A DNA stretch of 63,796 bases, filler included, from Octopus bimaculoides (lineage: Eukaryota): NCBI RefSeq assembly GCF_001194135.2. It is 5 parts of 5 records of this genome, joined end to end, with 100 filler letters (N's around TTAATTAATTAA, not from the genome) between each part and the next. Parts side by side here need not be neighbours in the genome. Positions count along the whole stretch, not along the records: positions 48,111 to 56,479 come from NC_068982.1; positions 56,580 to 62,306 come from NC_068987.1; 3 more parts are not named here. One strand, written 5' to 3'. Below the pieces are notes generated by a model. It saw nothing but the letters and a program-made list of their open reading frames with translations. It ran no database searches and was not told where the DNA came from. The translations under genes and the position numbers were made by a program. Below, piece by piece: positions 49,779 through 61,852 of this stretch. Every line of letters begins with the position of its first letter. The first letter of the stretch is position 1.

Positions 49779-52038
49779 GGAGATTCCTATTAAATGAAGT
49801 GTGTTCCTTTTTTACATACTCCATTAATTTATTTTTAAATATATTGAGAACTTCAGTCAATAAACTGTATATTTAACACAAATGAAGAATTAAAATATTG
49901 AACAATGATATATAAGCTTATCGGTGAATTCTATGGCTTCAGCCTGATGACAAGAACCCATAAAGCAGTAAAACTATGAGAGTATAGAGATATACCTGAA
50001 AGACTTGTACCATTTCTTCTCTCCAATTTTATTCCCCACGAAAGCAATGGGTGATGTTGTTTCATTATGTCAGGAACTATCATATTTGAGAATAATTTTA
50101 TAAGCGCAATTGTTAAATAAAGCAAACTTTTAAACTGTTTTGAAAATTTTGGTTTAAAACCAGTTATTCATTTTATGGTTTAACATCTATATGAGCGCTT
50201 AACTCGGTTTAACACAAATTAGACGCTAGACACACTAAAGATAAACTATTTTTACACATACATTGACAAATATTGTTATACATGGCTACCGAATNNNNNN
50301 NNNNNNNNNNNNNNNNNNNNNNNNNNNNNNNNNNNNNNNNNNNNNNNNNNNNNNNNNNNNNNNNNNNNNNNNNNNNNNNNNNNNNNNNNNNNNNNNNNNN
50401 NNNNNNNNNNNNNNNNNNNNNNNNNNNNNNNNNNNNNNNNNNNNNNNNNNNNNNNNNNNNNNNNNNNNNNNNNNNNNNNNNNNNNNNNNNNNNNNNNNNN
50501 NNNNNNNNNNNNNNNNNNNNNNNNNNNNNNNNNNNNNNNNNNNNNNNNNNNNNNNNNNNNNNNNNNNNNNNNNNNNNNNNNNNNNNNNNNNNNNNNNNNN
50601 NNNNNNNNNNNNNNNNNNNNNNNNNNNNNNNNNNNNNNNNNNNNNNNNNNNNNNNNNNNNNNNNNNNNNNNNNNNNNNNNNNNNNNNNNNNNNNNNNNNN
50701 NNNNNNNNNNNNNNNNNNNNNNNNNNNNNNNNNNNNNNNNNNNNNNNNNNNNNNNNNNNNNNNNNNNNNNNNNNNNNNNNNNNNNNNNNNNNNNNNNNNN
50801 NNNNNNNNNNNNNNNNNNNNNNNNNNNNNNNNNNNNNNNNNNNNNNNNNNNNNNNNNNNNNNNNNNNNNNNNNNNNNNNNNNNNNNNNNNNTATATATAT
50901 ACATATATATATATAATATGAGGGATAAAAATCAAAATTTACAGGTAAAAACTCAATTAAATTCAATTTATTAAAACTTAGAATTAAATTAAGTTTCACA
51001 GTATAAAATATATAAATACATAGCTTTAGAGAAAAGAACCAAATTTCAAGAACTCATCCATGAAAATCCACAGTCACGTATAGAAAAATTCATAAGTAAA
51101 TGCACGATAAATAAGTATAATATAATACAAACTAAAAATCATAAAATAATGATAATAAACGACTATTTGTGTTTCATAACCAAGTTTTCAAATAGAAAAT
51201 GAAGTATATTCAAATCGATTAAATCGATCGAAAATCAATTGTATTAAAAAATGTTGCTAATGTTCAGGTCAAAATACAACAACAATAATAATAAAAAGAA
51301 TGTATATATCAACCAACAATAATTAACAAATGTATGTATATAAAAATACTCATTATATTAAGATAGAAAAATGTTAAACAATATTATTTAAAATATCAAA
51401 AATTGTAAACGTGCCATAATTAACTTTACGTTTATTATAATATAAACTAACAGAAATATTATATGCAAATCTTATCTTAACGAATCTTTCGTTTAAAATA
51501 CAATTTAAACGAAGTTTTAGGTTAAATTAAAATTATAAACGTAAAATGTAAACTAACAAAAAATTAATTTATATAAATTAATATATAAAAGCAATTATAT
51601 CACCATTAAATAAAGGAAAAAATATTTAACAAAATTATTGAAAAGAAATACAAAACTTATCTAATCGAATCTTTAGTTTAAATAAAATTATAAATGTTGT
51701 ACTCTGGACTTAACCTTAATTAGAATATTAACTAATAATCAAAGAAATTATATTAAAAAAAACTACTTATTTATCCCATAAATCAAAAATAAATATTATA
51801 CAGTATTATTGGAAAAAATTCAACCCTAATATAATCGAAGTTTTGGTTTAAACTAAGATGATAAACTTAATACTATTAACTGAGTGTTAATAAGGTATCG
51901 GCTAACATTAAATATCAATTGAATTAATATGAAAATACATATTTTTTCAAACAATGATAGAACATCATTTAACAATATTAATAAAGATAAAAGCAATACT
52001 TATCTAGCATCGTTGGATAAAAGCAATACTTATCTAGC

Positions 52039-52074
<36 letters not shown>

Positions 52075-52231
52075 ATGTAAAATGCACTGTACATCTGTTT
52101 CTTAGGAGGCTAAAAACATTATGCAATTGTTATGCAATGAGCAATGTTCAGCGTAGCTAATCATCTAACTGAGATTATCTTAATGAAATGAAAATTACAT
52201 TGTAATCAGAAATTTTTGAATATTTCCTTAC

Positions 52232-52280
52232 TTTCTTTTCCTTAAGTGTCCACTTTGGTGTTTTCTTTGCATTTGAATAC
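52232..52280 (-). other. Orphan 49-nt exon candidate
   Basis: gcattttctcag|gtattc...gaaaagaaa|gtaagg; two frames open; product unknown. Confidence 0.35.
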
Positions 52281-52859
52281 CTGAGAAAATGCATGTATCC
52301 CAGTTAGATAAATTATTATTGCTTGATTTTGTTATAGCGATTGTAGTGCAATGTCTGCAATAGTTATGTTTAGAAGTCGCTGACTGTCAATTGGTGCCAC
52401 AGACAGAAACAAACTGACTGTAAATGTACGAGATTCTGTGATGACTGCAACTAAGTAGCTTTGTGTTCAAATACTCCCTAAAATAGGCTAACTTTTTATT
52501 TAATTTTTAATTACTGGAAGATGTTTGCAAAAATTGATGTAAAAGGGAGCTGACAGAAACTCCCTGAGCTTTAATCTTTTTCAAAGTAGGAACTGAATGA
52601 GGTGCTATGAGGAGGTAAGAAACGCAAGAAATAACGACAGGATGCTTACATTGTGATTATGGCGCTCTGCGGGACGTCATAATGCCCACTGGATTACGGG
52701 ACTTACTATCGTCAGTCTGAAAAGAGAATCATAGGTAACTAAGCGATTTGAGTATAGATAAAGGATATATAATGCCATAGTGACTCAGAGAAACTGGATT
52801 CTAATTTCAATTCCCATATATAAGCATTTCTTCTCATATTATGAAGGAATTTTAGAGAA

Positions 52860-53510
52860 ACAGCATGAGTATTGGACCTTCTATCTACTCTACAAGTAGG
52901 AGCGGTGACTTCCGCTGAGAGAGGGACCCTGGTGACAGTCTGCCTTGCAGTAAATGCCAGCGGTTATGCAACACCACCAATGCTAGTGTTCTCTAGTGTC
53001 CAATGGGCCAACAGGTTGTTGTGGATCACCAAATCCCAGTAGATGTATGAAGAAGGCAGATTTTCTTAAATTTCAGGAACAGTTCGTGAAGCACACTCGT
53101 TGGAGCAAAGAGCATCCTATCCTGTTGCCACTTGACAACCACAACTCCCATATCTTGTTGGCTATCATTGATTTATAAGGAGACAATGGTATTGTTCTGC
53201 TATCATTTCCCCCATTCTGATCACATAAGCTACAGCCACGCCATCGGAGGGTCTATGTTCTTCTTAAGAAGTACGTGAATAGGGCATACGTTGGATGACT
53301 GAAATCGCACCCAGGTAAAACGATGACCATTTAGGACATCCCGGCGATCCAGGAAGGATTTCAAGTCAGTGGCATCTGACCCTGTAACAGGGATGTCTTT
53401 GGTGATGACGAATTCCTTCCAGGTTGCGTCACATACCGTCTTGCTCCAAAACAAGACCAGTCTCAGGTGCAACCAGACGACCATCCTGACGTGCAGCCTG
53501 GCATGCAGCC
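52860..53510 (+). mobile_element. Degenerate pogo/Tigger-like DDE_1 transposase
   Basis: GAVTSAERGTLVTVCLAVNASG..PPM / HPILLPLDNHNSH / DNGIVLLSFP..SHKLQP / HPGKTMTI, with stops and frameshifts. Confidence 0.8.
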
Positions 53511-55495
53511 AGATNNNNNNNNNNNNNNNNNNNNNNNNNNNNNNNNNNNNNNNNNNNNNNNNNNNNNNNNNNNNNNNNNNNNNNNNNNNNNNNNNNNNNN
53601 NNNNNNNNNNNNNNNNNNNNNNNNNNNNNNNNNNNNNNNNNNNNNNNNNNNNNNNNNNNNNNNNNNNNNNNNNNNNNNNNNNNNNNNNNNNNNNNNNNNN
53701 NNNNNNNNNNNNNNNNNNNNNNNNNNNNNNNNNNNNNNNNNNNNNNNNNNNNNNNNNNNNNNNNNNNNNNNNNNNNNNNNNNNNNNNNNNNNNNNNNNNN
53801 NNNNNNNNNNNNNNNNNNNNNNNNNNNNNNNNNNNNNNNNNNNNNNNNNNNNNNNNNNNNNNNNNNNNNNNNNNNNNNNNNNNNNNNNNNNNNNNNNNNN
53901 NNNNNNNNNNNNNNNNNNNNNNNNNNNNNNNNNNNNNNNNNNNNNNNNNNNNNNNNNNNNNNNNNNNNNNNNNNNNNNNNNNNNNCCTAGATGCAAGAAG
54001 CAGGAAACGTATTCATTTTAGACTTGTTTCTTAACAGAATTCCGAGTTATCGACCTTTGTAACAAAGCACACCAGTAGGTGTCACAACGTACTATGCACT
54101 CGGGGAAAATTGTTACAACTGATGACACCTCATTAATTAGAACTTGTCTAATTAATCATATGTAATTTCTTTTTTTTTTTCTGCTGGTTATAACAATAAA
54201 TAGAGATATATTGCTAATTAAATCTGAAAAGAAACTTCAGCTGTGTGCATTTATGTGGGTGCCAAGGCAAAAAAAATGAAAAAATGTAACAACTAGACTC
54301 GGTCTCCCCTGCATACATGCATACATACATACATACATACATACATACATACAAACATACATGCAAACATATATTTACATTTATTCTAATAATATTTGGG
54401 GCACTTGGTTTTGTAAGTAAATGCCTAACTGTCAGTCTGGATAAGCTTCGACTTTCAGAGAAAAAATCAACCGACTGGTTCGCATATTACAAATACAATT
54501 TCTAAGCGAAACAGTAAAACCATGTGAGACTTATATCGGGTTTAGAATGTGACATTGTTTTTGGTATCTACATTCCAAAGGAAGGGTTTTGTAGCTTTGT
54601 TAGTACCAGCTTCTTTTTCAGAGGAAGAATTTGAATGCTTAAAAACAGGGAATACATATATACTTGCTTGTGACTCCTAAAATACATGAACATCGATTTT
54701 CAAAAGTTCTTTTCAAGGGAACATTCAGAGGCATCATGGAGACATACATTTTCTTTGGCTATTAAATACTTGCTATCATTATTCAATTCTAGGTAATCCG
54801 GGTTAACACCATATGAAGCTTACGCAAATATATCGCCGTTGAAGAGATCTCAATAAATAGATTATCCTTTTTTTAAGCGTTCACCACCTCAAACTTCATA
54901 CCATATGGCTTTTTAATGTTTCAACACTGTACGATGTGGTTTCGTGTAAATTCGCCTGGTATTTGTTCATAGGTTGGGCAACTACGCGGCGTTACTGATC
55001 GTACTAAAAGTAAACTGCATCGAACTCTATGCTCAATTTAGGTCATGATAAACATAATGCGCTTCTTTCTTCCATACCTGATAACTCCGTCATAAAACAG
55101 AGATTATAGTTCAATAATTTCACATGGGCCTAAAATGAATGTAATTCTCAAAAGTATCCTAACTGAAAATTATCCTAACTTCAAAATACTTAACAAAAAT
55201 TAAAGATTGTAACAGTTGATTATATAGATGTTGTTTACGTGTATTCAGGACGTGCTATGTCGCTCGGAAAGTATTTCATAAAGAAAACTGACACACTTTA
55301 TAAAGCAACCTACTCACATTAGTGACTTAAACCGGTCACACTGCTTACATAGTTACTGCTATTACTGCCCTCAGCTCACACTACTAAGAATAATACTACT
55401 ACTGTGAGAAAGGCGAGTAGGATCTCGAATAATCTGGGATTTTACTAATTCACTGTTTTATCGCGAGTTGCACGAAACAGCGGAGGTTCACAAAC

Positions 55496-55505
55496 ATGGA
55501 AGGCA
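55496..55505 (+). CDS. Candidate first coding micro-exon of an unidentified gene
   Basis: caaacATGGAAGGCA|gtaagt: good start context and perfect donor after a CpG-containing unique stretch. Confidence 0.4.
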
Positions 55506-55739
55506 GTAAGTATGTGTTAATGAATTTCCCTGACTATGTAATAATGAATTTTCGTAAGTCCTCACTACATATCTATTTCTATAACTTTTTGTAAACACAT
55601 CCCACGATTCGCTCGATAAGGCGTTAACAAAATTCCAATTTTTCCGTTCTGTCAGTTCACGGATGTTAATCAAAGACTAGTATATAGGCTGGACAAACTG
55701 AACCCAACTCCAAAAATATTCTCGAGTGATAAAAATATG

Positions 55740-56028
55740 GGTAGAGACGGACTATATGTAATCTGAAAAATTTCAATCCACCCCCCACCAAGCAGGCTAT
55801 TTACATGCTAGAAATAACAGCCAAATCTCACAAAACTAGTGTTAGGGTTAGGTTTACCCTGTGGATCTATATAAAAACCGGGGGGGGGGGGACGAAATTT
55901 TGAAATTGAGATTTTTGAAAATTCTTTTTCAGAATCGGAATCTCCATAGCTTAAAACGTGGGATTCTGTAAAAAAAAAATTTTAAATAAGGGGGGAAAGG
56001 TTCAGATTACATATAGTCCATCTGGACC
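55740..56028. mobile_element. MITE copy B (opposite orientation to A), short telomeric tract, deleted left TIR
   Basis: 28-bp termini ggtagagacggactatatgtaatctgaa / ttcagattacatatagtccatctggacc (3 mismatches); internal segment matches copy A. Confidence 0.78.
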
Positions 56029-56384
56029 TATATATTTATATATATATATATAAAAATATGAATATATAACTAATAAATTCATACATGAGAACCAACATAA
56101 TAGCTTAGGAAGAAGATGTTCACACATATGTATATGTAACACACTTAGTCGCGTTAACAAAGGGATGTAGGGATGTAGAGATGTGGGTTCGACTCCCACG
56201 CAGATTGGAAATCCTTCTTATTTCTGTCGAGGGCTTATATGCTCCTTTATTAGACTATTTTCTTTAGTCATTGGACGGTGAACAGCATAAGCTTTAAGCT
56301 TATATAAAAATACCATTATTATTATTATTTACAGGATTGTAAAGACGACGCCTTATAAAAGACCATTCGCACCGAAAGTATATT

Positions 56385-56434
<50 letters not shown>

Positions 56435-56479
56435 CATACAGTGTACATTTAAACACATGAGACGTCCATAATAGGACAT

Positions 56480-56579
56480 NNNNNNNNNNNNNNNNNNNNN
56501 NNNNNNNNNNNNNNNNNNNNNNNTTAATTAATTAANNNNNNNNNNNNNNNNNNNNNNNNNNNNNNNNNNNNNNNNNNNN
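56480..56579. other. Artificial 100-bp join
   Basis: 44 N + TTAATTAATTAA + 44 N. Confidence 0.95.
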
Positions 56580-56635
<56 letters not shown>

Positions 56636-56983
56636 ATGTATATACCTCTCAATATTTTCCTCTCGTTCTGGTCTAACGGCCCTCCGTGTTTGTTTTCATT
56701 CAGTTTCCTTGCATGCCCCCACTGTCCTGTTTTGGTTCCCAACTTTGACCTTGCATAAATCCAAAATTTTATTTTGGTATTTATGGGAGCAACTAACTTC
56801 GAAGATCATATTGTCGTTGAATGCTCGAAATGGGGAGTAGATAGACAGCCGTCAACTGATGAAGGGTCGTTCTTTGTATTACTTACCCTGTTTACTATTT
56901 TTCTCCCGTTGTTTGCGAATTTAACTTGTTTCTTTTCGTACTTCATGTTGTTTACAGAGTTGGTAACGTCCTATACTCATATA

Positions 56984-57017
<34 letters not shown>

Positions 57018-57623
57018 TATATATATTATTTATATTATTATTTAATTGAACGCCAGGCATCCATTTCCAAGTATATATATATATATATATATANNNNNNN
57101 NNNNNNNNNNNNNNNNNNNNNNNNNNNNNNNNNNNNNNNNNNNNNNNNNNNNNNNNNNNNNNNNNNNNNNNNNNNNNNNNNNNNNNNNNNNNNNNNNNNN
57201 NNNNNNNNNNNNNNNNNNNNNNNNNNNNNNNNNNNNNNNNNNNNNNNNNNNNNNNNNNNNNNNNNNNNNNNNNNNNNNNNNNNNNNNNNNNNNNNNNNNN
57301 NNNNNNNNNNNNNNNNNNNNNNNNNNNNNNNNNNNNNNNNNNNNNNNNNNNNNNNNNNNNNNNNNNNNNNNNNNNNNNNNNNNNNNNNNNNNNNNNNNNN
57401 NNNNNNNNNNNNNNNNNNNNNNNNNNNNNNNNNNNNNNNNNNNNNNNNNNNNNNNNNNNNNNNNNNNNNNNNNNNNNNNNNNNNNNNNNNNNNNNNNNNN
57501 NNNNNNNNNNNNNNNNNNNNNNNNNNNNNNNNNNNNNNNNNNNNNNNNNNNNNNNNNNNNNNNNNNNNNNNNNNNNNNNNNNNNNNNNNNNNNNNNNNNN
57601 NNNNNNNNNNNNNNNNNNNNNNN

Positions 57624-58471
57624 TGAAGAATTGGCAATAAAGCTTAGTTCAAACCATACATCTGTTTATCGTCATCTTCAACAACTTGGAAAGGTTCCTA
57701 AACTTGGAAAACGGGTGCCTCATGAATTGTCCGAAAGCAACCGCAAATCCCGAGTTGACATCTGCTATTCTCTCCATTCTCGCGAACTCATTTCACCCTT
57801 TTTGGATAGACTTGTGACTGGTAACGAAAAATATATTTTCTATCGAAATGTTAAACGTCATAAACAGCCGCTTGGTAAAAGGGAAAAAGCTGAACCACAA
57901 CTGAGAAGGGAACTTCATGGGAAAAAGGTTTTTCTCTCTATCTGGTGGGATTGTAAAGGAGTAATTCCCTTTGAATTGTTACCACCTAATGTAACAATCA
58001 ATGCTCAAGTCTACTGTCAACAATTAGAGCGTTTGAAGCAAGTTTTGAAGAAAAAAAGACCCGCTTTAGTGAATCGAAAAGGAGTAGTGTTTCATCAGGA
58101 CAATGCGCGACCCCACACTGCAAATATCACACCACAGAAGATCGAAGAGATTGGTTGGGGAAAAAATTCCTCATCCACTTTATTCTCCCGACCTTGCTCC
58201 TTCAGACTTAAGAAACTTTCGTAGTTTACAGAATCATTTGGGGGACATAAATTTTGCAAGCCAGAAGGAGGTCGAAACTGACTTTTCAGAGTTCTTCACT
58301 TTGAAACCAAAAGCGTTTTACATTGATGGGATTAAGAAGCTTGTAAACAGATGGAAGGCAGTCATAGATAATCAGGGAAAGTACATTGGTGATTAAATTT
58401 CGATTAAATATAACATTTGATCACTTGTTTTCTTTATTCAAAATTTGGACAGAACTTATGGGATGACCTGA
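57624..58471 (+). mobile_element. Mariner (DD34D) transposon, 3' two-thirds, inactive
   Basis: RVPHEL, VTGNEK (catalytic D to N), FHQDNARPH, frameshift near 58160, YSPDLAPSD; 3' TIR ...gaacttatgggatgacctga|ta. Confidence 0.95.
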
Positions 58472-58823
58472 TACGTATATGTATGTATGTATGTACGTAT
58501 GTATGTATGTATGTATGTATGTACTCTTCGAAACGCCAGTGTTTTAATGGTGGCAGCTGATGAAGGATATGTTCTTTATGTGGCCTGCTTGTTTTTTGTA
58601 CCTTGTTTATCATTTTGTCCATGTTTTTTTGCAACGTCATGTACCCAGATATGTATCTATATGCACATGTAGATGAAGGTATGTACATACATGTACATAT
58701 ATATGCATATACTCATATATTGTATGTATATATGTATGTATGTATGTATGTATGCATGTATGTATGTATGTATGTATTATGTATGTATGTATGTATGTAT
58801 GTATGTATCTATCTATATGTATA

Positions 58824-59292
58824 CAGGGTGCAATGGGCAAATTGCCGTCATTTTATATTTCTAATTTCGCGCATGCGCATTGTTTATTTTTGATTTTGTC
58901 CACTACACAATATGGTAGGGTCAGTTGGGCCAGAAACTTAGAAACGATATACAGTACTGCTTGGCATTCGCGCTGGAATCTGCAATATGAAATTTTTAGA
59001 GTGTTTGGGTGCTAATCTGGACAGTGCAATTTGAGGAAATGTACCGAGAGTGATAATAATCAAGCATCGAGTCAACATCATGATCTTTGGAGTGATCACT
59101 AGTGATGACGACGTTATGCCTCCATTCATCTTCTCAAACGGTCTCAGGCTCAACACGGAGGCCTACATCAAGTGCCTAGAGGAAGTAGTGCTGCCCTGAG
59201 TCAAGAGGGTGGTTGCTGGAAGACCCTATGTCTAGCAACAGGACGCTGCGCCATGCCACACAACCAAGAGAACCCAGTCATGGCTTGGAGGC
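58824..59292 (+). mobile_element. Internally deleted DD37D/maT-type Tc1/mariner element
   Basis: ta|cagggtgcaatgggcaaattg terminus; IMIFGVITSD..VMPPFIF..GLRLNTEAY..LEEVVLP*V..GRPYV*QQDAAPCHT..TQSWL. Confidence 0.8.
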
Positions 59293-59548
59293 CGTAGTTG
59301 AAGCCAATGTCGATTCTAGTGAATAAGTTTCCTCATGTATTTCAAGATATTTTTATGTAATTTTGGTAAATTCATGTGTTAAAATGAGATGTCAGTGTTA
59401 ATTTCATTTTACGTAATTTAGACGACAGTTTATTCACCACACCTTGCATATATGTTAGTGTGTACGTGTGTGTATATACACATACATACATACATATATA
59501 TATAATAACAATAAATGGAGTAAAACGCATATAAATAAAAGTTCCTTT

Positions 59549-59639
59549 AATTCCTACACATGTTTCAAAATATATGTGTGCTCTCCTCCAAAGAAGTAAG
59601 AGCTGCTGGAATTCCACATATATTCATCTTCAGGGAATC
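59549..59639 (-). ncRNA. Minimal type-I hammerhead ribozyme motif (Penelope/retrozyme-like)
   Basis: Minus strand: attcc-CTGAAGA-tgaatatatgtg...cacatatatttt-GAAAC-atgt-GTA|ggaat. Stem I 5 bp; stem II 11 of 12 pairs. Confidence 0.78.
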
Positions 59640-59662
59640 AACATATAAAAGCAAGACAAATG

Positions 59663-59970
59663 CGAAATGATGGGGTAACTTACGAGCTAAGATGTGACAT
59701 GGCCAAGTAAGTGACCGCAAGAAGTAAGAACGCTTGTTTACATAGAGATATAAAGGGAGTAATAATATTATTACATGGGCCAGTAAGTGACCGTTAGGAG
59801 TAAGAACGCTTGTTTACATAGAGTTATAAAGGGAGGGGGCTGTAAACGTAATGCTAAAGGTTTAAATTAAATGATTGAAATGGGGGGGGGAGGAGGGCAA
59901 AATAGATCACAGTAAAGCAAACTTACTTGGCCATGTAACATCTTAGCTCGTAAGTTACCTCATCATTTCG
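59663..59970. repeat. 50-bp inverted repeat enclosing two direct repeats of about 75-bp period
   Basis: cgaaatgatggggtaacttacgagctaagatgtgacatggccaagtaagt versus its reverse complement at 59921-59970 (2 mismatches). Confidence 0.88.
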
Positions 59971-60856
59971 AGCGTACGTGTAGACTGTCTTGACAGTCGT
60001 GTCTGTGCTGATATACTAATCATACTGAGTGGACGCTATATCGATCCAACCTTTTGAGGATAATAACACTATACGACTGGGGGTCGTACAGTGCCAGATA
60101 GAACCATTCTTTCGACGNNNNNNNNNNNNNNNNNNNNNNNNNNNNNNNNNNNNNNNNNNNNNNNNNNNNNNNNNNNNNNNNNNNNNNNNNNNNNNNNNNN
60201 NNNNNNNNNNNNNNNNNNNNNNNNNNNNNNNNNNNNNNNNNNNNNNNNNNNNNNNNNNNNNNNNNNNNNNNNNNNNNNNNNNNNNNNNNNNNNNNNNNNN
60301 NNNNNNNNNNNNNNNNNNNNNNNNNNNNNNNNNNNNNNNNNNNNNNNNNNNNNNNNNNNNNNNNNNNNNNNNNNNNNNNNNNNNNNNNNNNNNNNNNNNN
60401 NNNNNNNNNNNNNNNNNNNNNNNNNNNNNNNNNNNNNNNNNNNNNNNNNNNNNNNNNNNNNNNNNNNNNNNNNNNNNNNNNNNNNNNNNNNNNNNNNNNN
60501 NNNNNNNNNNNNNNNNNNNNNNNNNNNNNNNNNNNNNNNNNNNNNNNNNNNNNNNNNNNNNNNNNNNNNNNNNNNNNNNNNNNNNNNNNNNNNNNNNNNN
60601 NNNNNNNNNNNNNNNNNNNNNNNNNNNNNNNNNNNNNNNNNNNNNNNNNNNNNNNNNNNNNNNNNNNNNNNNNNNNNNNNNNNNNNNNNNNNNNNNNNNN
60701 NNNNNNNNNNNNNNNNNNNNNNNNNNNNNNNNNNNNNNNNNNNNNNNNNNNNNNNNNNNNNNNNNNNNNNNNNNNNNNNNNNNNNNNNNNNNNNNNNNNN
60801 NNNNNNNNNNNNNNNNNNNNNNNNNNNNNNNNATATATATATATACACGATAGATA

Positions 60857-60895
<39 letters not shown>

Positions 60896-61559
60896 ATCAA
60901 TCTATCTATCTATTTATATATCTATCTATATGACTTTTACATGATTCAATCAGAAGGTATGGCCGCGTTCGAGAGCTATTAGTTAGCTTTGAAATTGACT
61001 GTAATTGCTGACAGCAGACCGTTTCGACTTACCTAGTCTCTTTCCAGAAACTTTTTTTCCGTCTTCTAAACGTATTTAACCTATCGTGCTGCTGTTTCCA
61101 CAGCCATACTATGTTCGAAATTTACTTTCTTGTCTGTAATATATGCGAAAAGAGGCACACTCTAGAACATTAGAGCACTAATATTCAGAAGGTTGTTTGT
61201 TATGGCTGGTCAGAGAGTGACCATTGGTTTCGCACCTATAAAGCGTTTAGCTGCATAGGTGACACCTCAGGCTCAAATAGTCGGAATGCACACAACTGGA
61301 GGAAGGAAAATGTTATGGTCAGTCAATTTTGTCAACAAATTCTGGAACATAACTCAACTGGCAAAACCTTGCGTGGGGCAGAGTTAACTCTCCTAGATCA
61401 TTTTCCGTTAGGCCAAAGATGACTGATGATAACAACATTTCCTTAGTCGGCAAACGGGGGATTTCATGTTTCTAACATGAATTTCCTCTGATGAGAGCAC
61501 TGGCTAAACACCTCTTTTTGGGAGTTTAAAAAGGTCCCTCGTGCAAGTGAATTTTTCCG

Positions 61560-61803
61560 GATTTTTGCCCTTTCGGCTAAGAAACACTTACATTGTTCAC
61601 CCTAAACTGGAAGTATCCAAATTAGTTTTATGGAACCCACTTCATAGTGATGTAAGAAGACGAAAACGTCGTCAATCTTACATCGACAACTTAATTGCAG
61701 ACACTGGCCTGAAATTATTCAAGACATCGAGGCAGTGAGGATGAACCGACATGAACCGGCGGGTAGACTTTGTTGCTGCGGCCCGGGTTGGAACCCGGCA
61801 ATG

Positions 61804-61851
<48 letters not shown>

Positions 61852-61852
61852 T
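61560..61852 (+). mobile_element. RTE-like LINE 3' end with terminal stem-loop and (AAT)n tail
   Basis: SKLVLWNPLH...RRRKRRQSYIDNLIADTGL; ccgggtt-gg-aacccgg hairpin immediately before (AAT)n. Confidence 0.75.

Noticed and set aside
51100-52020. NUMT (mitochondrial insertion)
   Set aside because: AT-rich, but I recognise no mitochondrial rRNA, tRNA or protein motifs; only a BLAST could exclude it fully.
58530-58563. GAAA(C) shortly upstream of CTGAYGA in a repeat family (also 46300-46319 and 56827-56862; CTGATGA on the minus strand at 40079-40085), suggesting a permuted hammerhead
   Set aside because: I could not build stems I and II or a consistent NUH site in any copy; possibly decayed Penelope LTR pieces.
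61010-61075. Hammerhead-like gact-loop-agtc-GAAACGGTC on the minus strand
   Set aside because: The CUGANGA core is disrupted (ctggaaaga) and there is no stem I pairing.
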